From contig CAIOFO010000019.1 of assembly GCA_903857685.1 (NCBI GenBank), positions 289-64,288 on the forward strand: a stretch of DNA of 64,000 nt. The letters are read 5' to 3'. Position numbers and translations under genes: made by a program. Below are positions 57,435 through 64,000 of this stretch, piece by piece. Positions within the stretch are counted from its first letter, which is position 1; every line of letters starts with the position of its first letter. Below the pieces are notes generated by a model. It ran no database searches, was not told the DNA's origin, and saw only the letters and a program-made list of their open reading frames with translations. The DNA is from an uncultured Alphaproteobacteria bacterium. Lineage in GTDB: Bacteria; Pseudomonadota; Alphaproteobacteria; Micropepsales; Micropepsaceae.

Positions 57435-58531
57435 CGGCCCATGAATTCCCTCAGCGCCGCCACCACCAGAGTATTGGCCTCGTTTGGCCCGACGGTGAGG
57501 CGCAGGGCATCCGGCAGGCCGTAATTGGCGACGCCGCGCAGGATCAGGCCCTTGCTGCCGAGAAACTTGTCGGCGTTGGCGGCGCTTTTTTCGCCGGGCT
57601 TGAAATGGATCAGCACAAAATTCGCCGCACTGTCATCCACCCGAAGGCCGAGCCCGCGGATTTCCCGGGTGAGGAATTCGCGCCATTTTTGATTATAGGC
57701 CACCGCATCTTCCAGATGCGCCTGGTCGCGTATCGCCGCGGCGCCGGCAAGCTGCTGCATCAGCGCGGTATTGAACGGCCCCCGGATACGGTTGATGGCA
57801 TCGCACACGGCGGCAGGCGCATACATCCAGCCGATGCGCAGCCCCGCCAAACCGTGGATCTTGGAGAAGGTGCGCGTCATCACCACATTGTCATGTTGCA
57901 AGACCAGCGCGGCGCCGTCTTCATAGTCATCCGCCCGCACATACTCGCTATAGGCCGCGTCAATCACCAGCAGGACATTGTCCGGAAGCCCGGCATGCAG
58001 GCGGCGCAGCTCGTCCTTGGTCAGGTAGGAGCCGGTGGGGTTGTTGGGATTGGCGATATAAAGCATGCGCGTTTTTGGCGTCACCGCCTTCAGCATCGCC
58101 TCCACATCAACCTTGATGGCGCTGTTGGTGGTTTTTTCCGGAACGATCACCGGATGGCCGCTATTGGCCAGGGTGGCGATCTTGTAGACCAGAAAAGCAT
58201 GCTCGGAAAAAATCACCTCGTCGCCCGGCTGCACATAGGCATTGGCCAGCATGGTGAGAAGCGCGTCCGAGCCGTCGCCCGACGCCACGATGCGGTCGGC
58301 GGGCAGGCCGCAGACTTCGCCGATGGCGTCGCGCAGCAACTGGGCCGAGCCTTCCGGATAAAGTGACAGGCTGTCCTTGGCCTGGTCGATTGCCGCCAGC
58401 GCCCCGGGCGAGGGTCCCAGCGGGCTTTCGTTGGAGGACAGTTTCCAGATTTTCGCCACGCCGGGCACGCCGGCGCGACCGCCGACATAGGGCGAGATGT
58501 CCGAAATGCCGGGCTTGGGGGCAAGCGTCAT
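57431..58531 (-). CDS. hisC: Histidinol-phosphate aminotransferase
   Basis: KLSSNESP, NPNNPTG, DAAYSEY, RTFSKIHGLAGLRIG. Confidence 0.95.
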   Translation of the reverse strand: MTLAPKPGISDISPYVGGRAGVPGVAKIWKLSSNESPLGPSPGALAAIDQAKDSLSLYPEGSAQLLRDAIGEVCGLPADRIVASGDGSDALLTMLANAYVQPGDEVIFSEHAFLVYKIATLANSGHPVIVPEKTTNSAIKVDVEAMLKAVTPKTRMLYIANPNNPTGSYLTKDELRRLHAGLPDNVLLVIDAAYSEYVRADDYEDGAALVLQHDNVVMTRTFSKIHGLAGLRIGWMYAPAAVCDAINRIRGPFNTALMQQLAGAAAIRDQAHLEDAVAYNQKWREFLTREIRGLGLRVDDSAANFVLIHFKPGEKSAANADKFLGSKGLILRGVANYGLPDALRLTVGPNEANTLVVAALREFMGR

Positions 58532-58650
58532 GGCGGCTCCAAAAAGGCCGGTATTGATAGTGGCAGGACTGGTTAAATGCAAAGCAGAGCCGCCATTCGT
58601 TGACAGGGGGGCTGAGCCGCCTTAGCTACGGTTTCCCAAGGATTTACCGC

Positions 58651-59808
58651 ATGTCCGAAGCGCCGAAATTCCTGCGTCCCGTCACCGCGCCCGGCGCGGA
58701 TGTGGGTCATGCCGTGCATTTCGGACCGGACCGGCCGCTGGCGCTGGACTGCGGCAGGAGCCTTTCGCACTTCACCATCGCCTACATGACCTATGGCGCC
58801 CTCAATGCCGACAAAAGCAACGCGGTCCTGATCTGCCATGCCCTGACCGGCGATCAGTTCGTGGCCTCGGACAATCCCGTCACCGGCAAGCCGGGCTGGT
58901 GGACGATCATGGTGGGACCCGGCAAGCCGATTGATACCGACCGCTTCTTTGTGATCTGCGCCAATGTCGTTGGCGGCTGCATGGGCAGCACCGGGCCGGC
59001 GGAAAATGATCCGGCGACGGGCGATCCCTACGGCCTGTCCTTTCCGCTGGTGACGGTGCGCGACATGGTGCGGGCGCAGGCCATGCTGGTCGAGCAGCTG
59101 GGGATTGCGAAATTGCTGGCGGTGGTTGGCGGCTCGATGGGCGGCATGCAGGCGCTGCAATGGGCGGCGTCCTATCCGGGCCGGGTGCGCGGGGTGATGC
59201 CGATTGCCTGTGCCGCGCGCCATTCCGCCCAGAACATCGCCTTCCACGAAGTGGGACGGCAGGCGATCATGGCCGATCCCGACTGGCAGGGCGGCGAGTA
59301 TCAACTGCGCGGCACCACGCCGTCCAAGGGCCTGGCGGTGGCGCGGATGGCGGCGCACATCACCTATCTGTCCGAGGCGGCGCTGCAGCGCAAATTCGGC
59401 CGCACCTTGCAGAACCGCGAGGCCCTGTCGTTCAAGTTCGCGCCGGATTTCCAGATCGAATCCTATCTGCATCACCAGGGCGCCAGTTTCGTGGACCGCT
59501 TCGACGCCAATTCGTATCTCTACATCACCCGCGCCATGGATTATTTCGACCTGGCGGCGGACCATGACGGCCATCTCGCCGCCGCCTTCGGCGCCAACGC
59601 GCCGCGCTTCTGCATTATCTCGTTCACCTCGGACTGGCTGTTTCCCACCGCCGAGAGCAAATCCATCGCCCATGCCCTCAATGCCGTGGCCGCCAATGTC
59701 AGCTTTGTCGAGATCAAGACCGACAAGGGCCATGATGCCTTCCTGCTGGACGAGCCGGAAATGTTCGGCACGGTGCGCGGCTTCCTCAATGCCCTGGCGG
59801 GCGCATGA
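58651..59808 (+). CDS. metX: Homoserine O-acyltransferase (MetX)
   Basis: HALTG, GGSMGG nucleophile elbow, DWLFP, GHDAFL. Confidence 0.93.
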   Translation: MSEAPKFLRPVTAPGADVGHAVHFGPDRPLALDCGRSLSHFTIAYMTYGALNADKSNAVLICHALTGDQFVASDNPVTGKPGWWTIMVGPGKPIDTDRFFVICANVVGGCMGSTGPAENDPATGDPYGLSFPLVTVRDMVRAQAMLVEQLGIAKLLAVVGGSMGGMQALQWAASYPGRVRGVMPIACAARHSAQNIAFHEVGRQAIMADPDWQGGEYQLRGTTPSKGLAVARMAAHITYLSEAALQRKFGRTLQNREALSFKFAPDFQIESYLHHQGASFVDRFDANSYLYITRAMDYFDLAADHDGHLAAAFGANAPRFCIISFTSDWLFPTAESKSIAHALNAVAANVSFVEIKTDKGHDAFLLDEPEMFGTVRGFLNALAGA

Positions 59809-60446
59809 GCGCGCCCCAGCTTCAGGGCCTGAGGCCCGACCTGGCCGCCATCGCGGCGATGATCCGCCCCGGCACGCGGGTGCTGGATATCGGCTGCGGC
59901 GACGGCGCCCTGCTGGAACATCTGGTGCGAACCAAGGGCGTGGATGGACGCGGCATTGAATTGTCGCAGCAGAATGTCAACGCCTGCGTGGCGCGCGGAC
60001 TTTCGGTGATGCAGGGCGATGCCGACACCGATCTCAGCGAATATCCCAGCGGCGCCTTTGATGCGGTGATCCTGTCCAACACCATCCAGGCGACGGAACG
60101 GCCGCGCCTGGTGCTGGAGCATCTCTTGCGCATCGGACGGCGCACGGCGGTGTCGCTGCCCAATTTCGGCTACTGGAAAGTACGCCTCGCCCTGCTCGCC
60201 ACCGGCCATATGCCGCGCACCAGGAACCTGGATTATTCCTGGTTCGATACCCCCAACATCCATCTGTGCACCCTGTCGGATTTTCTCGACCTGACGCGGC
60301 TGTGCCATGCGTCGGTGGTGGAAGCCCATGCGCTGAATGAAAAAGGCGAGACGCGGGCAATGCGTCCCGGCACGTTCAAGGCGGGGCGGCTGGGCGGGCC
60401 GAACCTGCTGGCGCCGGGCGCAATCTTCCTGCTGAAAAAGGCTTGA
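59805..60446 (+). CDS. metW: Methionine biosynthesis protein MetW
   Basis: [25 protein letters not shown]; coupled to metX. Confidence 0.92.
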   Translation: MSAPQLQGLRPDLAAIAAMIRPGTRVLDIGCGDGALLEHLVRTKGVDGRGIELSQQNVNACVARGLSVMQGDADTDLSEYPSGAFDAVILSNTIQATERPRLVLEHLLRIGRRTAVSLPNFGYWKVRLALLATGHMPRTRNLDYSWFDTPNIHLCTLSDFLDLTRLCHASVVEAHALNEKGETRAMRPGTFKAGRLGGPNLLAPGAIFLLKKA

Positions 60447-60503
60447 TTTTGGTCGCGCGGCCGACGCAAACCCACGAGGCCGCACTTTTGCTGGCCGACG
60501 CTC

Positions 60504-61223
60504 TTATTCCGACCCAAGCGGATTGAGCTGCACCGGTCGCGCGCCCGTGGGCGCGGGCGCCCCGCCCACCGGGGCGTACAGCGATTTTGTCGCCTCAACC
60601 AGGTGCACGCCGCCCAGCGCGGGAAAGAACCGCTGGCCCAAGCGCTCCCAGCCCGCGCCGGTGCCGATCAGCGCCCGCGAATTGAATGGCGGCACATAAA
60701 GAGCGCGGTCCCAGGCGGTGGGAACGAACAGCACATCGCGCAGCACCGCTTCCAGTTCCCGGCGGGAGAAAGGCCGGCCCTGGCCGAAAGGCGACCAATC
60801 CACCTGGGCCCAGAGGCTGGCGCGGTTGGGCGCCACCAGCAGCAGCTTTCCTTCCGGCGCCAGCACCCGCCAGAGCTGGCGCAGCAGCGGCCGCAGGCTC
60901 TCGGCTCCCTCGACGCAATGCACCACCAGAACCCGGTCGAAAAACGCATCGGCAAACGGGAGGGCGTCTTCCTCGACCAGGGTGGAGAGGTTTTTTTTCT
61001 CGGGCCAAGCCATGACGCCCAGATGCGCCGGCATGGCGGCCACGCCGCGTTCGGCCTCGAACAGGAAGGGGCGCAGGAACGGCGTGGCATAGCCAAAGCC
61101 CAGCAGGCGCATATTTTCGACATTCGGCCAGATCAGCCGCAGCTGCCGCAGCAGAATGCGCCGCGCCACCGCCCCCAGATGGCTGTCATAGAATTCGGCA
61201 AGCTCGCGAACATCCAGCTGCAT
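60504..61223 (-). CDS. Class I SAM-dependent methyltransferase (YafS-like), divergent from gloB
   Basis: FYDSHLG, LGFGYATP, LPFADAFFDRVLVVH, PFGQGRPFS. Confidence 0.85.
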   Translation of the reverse strand: MQLDVRELAEFYDSHLGAVARRILLRQLRLIWPNVENMRLLGFGYATPFLRPFLFEAERGVAAMPAHLGVMAWPEKKNLSTLVEEDALPFADAFFDRVLVVHCVEGAESLRPLLRQLWRVLAPEGKLLLVAPNRASLWAQVDWSPFGQGRPFSRRELEAVLRDVLFVPTAWDRALYVPPFNSRALIGTGAGWERLGQRFFPALGGVHLVEATKSLYAPVGGAPAPTGARPVQLNPLGSE

Positions 61224-61299
61224 GAAACATGCGTAGCGCGCTGGCGGTTTGCGTTCAACGCATCTGCTGTTAGCGTCCTCCGGCAAAAAGGAGTTCCCA

Positions 61300-62055
61300 G
61301 TGCCGCTGGAGATCGAAATTGTCCGCTGCCTGACCGACAATTACGCCTATCTGGTCAGGATCGGGGAATTGTGCGCGGTGGTGGACCCGTCTGAACCGGG
61401 GCCGGTCAAGGCGGCGCTGGCGGCAAAGGGCTGGCGCCTCAGCCATATTCTCAACACCCATCATCACCTGGACCATACCGGCGGCAATATCGCGCTGCGC
61501 CAGGAATTCGGCGCCCAGGTGGTGGGGCCGGCAAAAGACGCGAGCCGCATTCCGGGCCTTGATATCGGGGTGGATGAGAAATCGGGCTGGGCGTTCGGCG
61601 GCCTGAAAGTGGATATTCTGGAAGTGCCGGCCCATACGCGCGGGGCGATCGCCTTTGTGATGGAGGGATGCGCCTTTACCGGCGATACGCTGTTCGCCAT
61701 GGGCTGCGGGCGGCTGTTCGAAGGCGATGCCGCCATGATGTGGGCCAGCCTTTCAAAACTGATGGCCCTGCCCGACGCCACGAAAATCTATTGCGGCCAT
61801 GAATATACCGAGAATAACGGCCGCTTTGCGTGCACGCTCGAGCCGGGCAACAGCGCGCTTGTTGCGCGAATGGGCGAAGTCCGTGCCCTGCGGGCCAAGG
61901 GCGGCACCACCATGGCGTCCAGCATGGGGCTGGAGAAAGCCACCAATCCGTTCCTGCGGGTGGGTGAGGCGGAGATCCGAAAGAATCTGGGGATGGAGAA
62001 GGCCGGCGATGTCGCCGTGTTCGGCGAAATCCGAAAGCGCAAGGACAGCTTCTAG
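61300..62055 (+). CDS. gloB: Hydroxyacylglutathione hydrolase (glyoxalase II)
   Basis: DNYAYL, THHHLDH, AHTRG, TGDTLF, CGHEYT, TNPFLR. Confidence 0.95.
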   Translation: MPLEIEIVRCLTDNYAYLVRIGELCAVVDPSEPGPVKAALAAKGWRLSHILNTHHHLDHTGGNIALRQEFGAQVVGPAKDASRIPGLDIGVDEKSGWAFGGLKVDILEVPAHTRGAIAFVMEGCAFTGDTLFAMGCGRLFEGDAAMMWASLSKLMALPDATKIYCGHEYTENNGRFACTLEPGNSALVARMGEVRALRAKGGTTMASSMGLEKATNPFLRVGEAEIRKNLGMEKAGDVAVFGEIRKRKDSF

Positions 62056-62237
62056 TCCTTGGACTTTTTCGAGTCGCTGGAGCCGAAGGGGGCGCTGATC
62101 ACATCGCCGGCAACATCGGCGGCAGTGCCGACCACCGAGCTGGTGACGTCAACCGCCGTGGAAGCGACGTCGTAGGCGACGCAGCCGGAAAGACCCAATC
62201 CCAGGATGATGAAGGCGGAAACAAGAGCGGCGCGCAT
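62052..62237 (-). CDS. 61-aa small lipoprotein
   Basis: Lipobox LSG|C after a hydrophobic signal; Ala/Val/Thr/Asp-rich mature part. Confidence 0.7.
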   Translation of the reverse strand: MRAALVSAFIILGLGLSGCVAYDVASTAVDVTSSVVGTAADVAGDVISAPFGSSDSKKSKD

Positions 62238-62312
62238 GAATATTCCCCTTTGACAGCGCGCGATAATGACTTCCAATTGGTCAAATAAGCGTAACTGCGA
62301 GGCGCCCGCCCG

Positions 62313-62909
62313 ATGGCCGGATTTGAGAGTCTTTTCCCCACCTGGCTGTACAGCGCCCGGATTTCAGCGCCGCGCGGGCTGGCGGAAACCTGCCTTGCCA
62401 TTGCCGCCGAGGACAAGGCCGGGCAGCGCTGGGCCCGTGAGCATAGCTATGGCGGCTATACCTCTTATGCCTCGCTGAACGACCTGACGCAGCGGGCTTC
62501 GATCATTGCCGAGCTGGAACGCGCCATCGCCAAACATGTGGCGGCATTCGCGCGCAAGTCCGAGTTCGAGCTGGGAGGGCGCAAGCTGACGCTGGACAGC
62601 CTGTGGATCAACGTGATGAAGAAAGGCGCCATTCATGCGCCGCATATCCATCCCCATTCGGTGATCAGCGGCACTTATTATGTGACAGTTCCGCCGGGGT
62701 CGGGCGCCATCCGCTTTGAAGACCCGCGGCTGGGGCTGATGATGGCGGCGCCGGTGAAAAAGAAGAATGCGCAGCGGCAAAACCGCGCCTTTGTGGATGT
62801 GCAGCCCAGGCCGGGCCTGCTGCTGTTGTGGGAAAGCTGGCTGCGCCATGGGGTTGAGGCCAACGCCGCCAAGACGCCCCGCATATCGGTGAGCTTCAAT
62901 TACGGTTAG
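62313..62909 (+). CDS. TIGR02466-like 2OG-Fe(II) oxygenase
   Basis: LWINVM, HIHPHS..SGTYY, WESWLRHGV, RISVSFN. Confidence 0.85.
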   Translation: MAGFESLFPTWLYSARISAPRGLAETCLAIAAEDKAGQRWAREHSYGGYTSYASLNDLTQRASIIAELERAIAKHVAAFARKSEFELGGRKLTLDSLWINVMKKGAIHAPHIHPHSVISGTYYVTVPPGSGAIRFEDPRLGLMMAAPVKKKNAQRQNRAFVDVQPRPGLLLLWESWLRHGVEANAAKTPRISVSFNYG

Positions 62910-63002
62910 CGACAGCGTAACCGCGCGTAGTGGTTTGTAGCGTCAGCGTACAAGCGCGATAGCGGGTGGTAAGATATCAACACCAACAACAGGGAGGACG
63001 TC

Positions 63003-63410
63003 ATGAACATCTTCACCGGTTCAACGGATATTCAGATGCTGTGCTGGAGCGTGGTGCTGGGCCTGGCCCAGCTCATCATCGCCACGGCGATGGCGACCAA
63101 GGACCAGGGCCTGGCCTACAATATCAGCCCACGCGACCTGCCGCCGCCGCCGGTGAGCCTGTTGACCGGCCGGTTTCAGCGCGCCTTCGGCAATTTCCGC
63201 GAGACCTTTGTCTATTTCGCGGTTGCAGTGCTGGTGGTCACGGTGACGGGCCGGAATAACACTGTCTCGGCGCTGGGCACGCAAATCTATTTCTGGGCGC
63301 GGCTGATTTATGTGCCGGTCTATGCCGCCGGAATACCGGTGCTGCGCACCGTGACCTGGGGCGCGTCCATTGCCGGGCTGATCATGATTCTGCTGGCGGC
63401 GTTGGCTTGA
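63003..63410 (+). CDS. MAPEG family membrane protein
   Basis: RAFGNFRETF, WARLIYVPVY; GGAGG RBS. Confidence 0.85.
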   Translation: MNIFTGSTDIQMLCWSVVLGLAQLIIATAMATKDQGLAYNISPRDLPPPPVSLLTGRFQRAFGNFRETFVYFAVAVLVVTVTGRNNTVSALGTQIYFWARLIYVPVYAAGIPVLRTVTWGASIAGLIMILLAALA

Positions 63411-63414
63411 GCGC

Positions 63415-63804
63415 CTAACGCTTCTTTTTTCCGCGTTCCTTGCGCGCCGCGTACTTGGCATCGCGGGCGGCCTTCTGGTCGGCTTCGGCTTGGGCTTTCT
63501 TCAGCTTGGCTTCCTCGGCGGCCCTGGCGGCGGCGATCTTCGCTTCTTCCTCGGCCTTCTTGCGGGCGGCTTCGAGGGCAACCTTGTTCTTTTCCGCCTC
63601 GATGGCGGCGAGGCGTTTTTCCTCGGCGCGCAGCTTGTGGCGTTCGTCGCGGGCGGCGGCCACGGCCAGGCGTTCCTTGCTGCGGTCGGGGGCGGCCGCC
63701 TTGGCGGCTTCGGCGCGGGCCTTGGCCTTGGCCAGCATTTCGGCGCGGGCCTTGGCGGCATCTTCCAGCCGGGTTGAGAATTTGGAGTCGTCGCGGCGGG
63801 CCAT
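63415..63804 (-). CDS. Ala/Lys/Glu-rich coiled-coil protein (DUF6481-like)
   Basis: FSTRLEDAAKARAEML, C-terminal QKAARDAKYAARK. Confidence 0.7.
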   Translation of the reverse strand: MARRDDSKFSTRLEDAAKARAEMLAKAKARAEAAKAAAPDRSKERLAVAAARDERHKLRAEEKRLAAIEAEKNKVALEAARKKAEEEAKIAAARAAEEAKLKKAQAEADQKAARDAKYAARKERGKKKR

Positions 63805-63813
63805 GGAGATCTT

Positions 63814-64000
63814 CTAGTTGTCGAGGAAGCTGCGGAGTTTGCGGGAACGGCTGGGATGCTTGAGCTTGCGCAGCGCCTTGGCTTCGATCTGGCGGATACG
63901 CTCGCGGGTGACGCTGAACTGCTGGCCGACTTCTTCCAGCGTATGATCGGTGTTCATGCCGATGCCGAAGCGCATGCGAAGCACGCGTTCCTCGCGCGGC
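63814..64000 (-). CDS. rpoD: Primary sigma factor, 3' end (region 4; partial, runs off window)
   Basis: [60 protein letters not shown]. Confidence 0.95.
   Translation of the reverse strand, partial: PREERVLRMRFGIGMNTDHTLEEVGQQFSVTRERIRQIEAKALRKLKHPSRSRKLRSFLDN

Noticed and set aside
58532-58650. SAM-II riboswitch upstream of metX
   Set aside because: Common in Alphaproteobacteria, but I could not match the consensus here; an Infernal search would settle it
459-63817. Many long antisense or alternate-frame ORFs in the track (for example 4790-6130, 9738-11984, 21911-23596, 41688-44162, 53327-54631)
   Set aside because: They shadow well-supported genes, lack RBS and family motifs, and are expected from stop-codon scarcity in high-GC DNA
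1-64000. CRISPR array, transposase, retron or toxin-antitoxin locus
   Set aside because: No regularly spaced direct repeats and no recognisable cas, DDE, RT or TA motifs in any ORF

Overview
High-GC alphaproteobacterial chromosome segment (gene order and protein style suggest a Rhizomicrobium/Caulobacterales-like lineage; inference only). It is mostly core housekeeping blocks: trmJ-map-radC, purB/purC-S-Q-L-bolA-grxD, rpsD, tRNA-Leu(TAA), lpdA, etfBA-hbd, argH-lptM-lysA-TIGR02302, hpt-ftsEX-ydcF-plsC-nrdJ, tyrA-hisC, metXW, gloB and the 3' end of rpoD. Accessory parts are: (i) a SnoaL-GNAT-nitrilase triplet translationally coupled to purB; (ii) an Rsm22/METTL17-like methyltransferase with a 4-Cys motif sitting between bolA and grxD; (iii) a patchy 15.1-19.0 kb region with an unannotated 40-aa ORF, cNMP protein, TonB, Rrf2, a truncated substrate-binding gene broken at a palindrome, a stand-alone BLUF protein, and a tiny transcription unit with a 16-nt match to the 16S rRNA 3' end; (iv) a complete general-stress-response island (HisKA_2 kinase, ecfG, nepR, phyR) with six EcfG-type promoters, many very small genes and a candidate sRNA; (v) a type III PKS-methyltransferase-MFS operon; (vi) ChaN-TonB receptor-Wzi. 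I saw no CRISPR array, integrase, transposase or rRNA gene. Start codons were refined by eye from RBS position and homology pattern, and all family calls come from motif recognition, not database searches.
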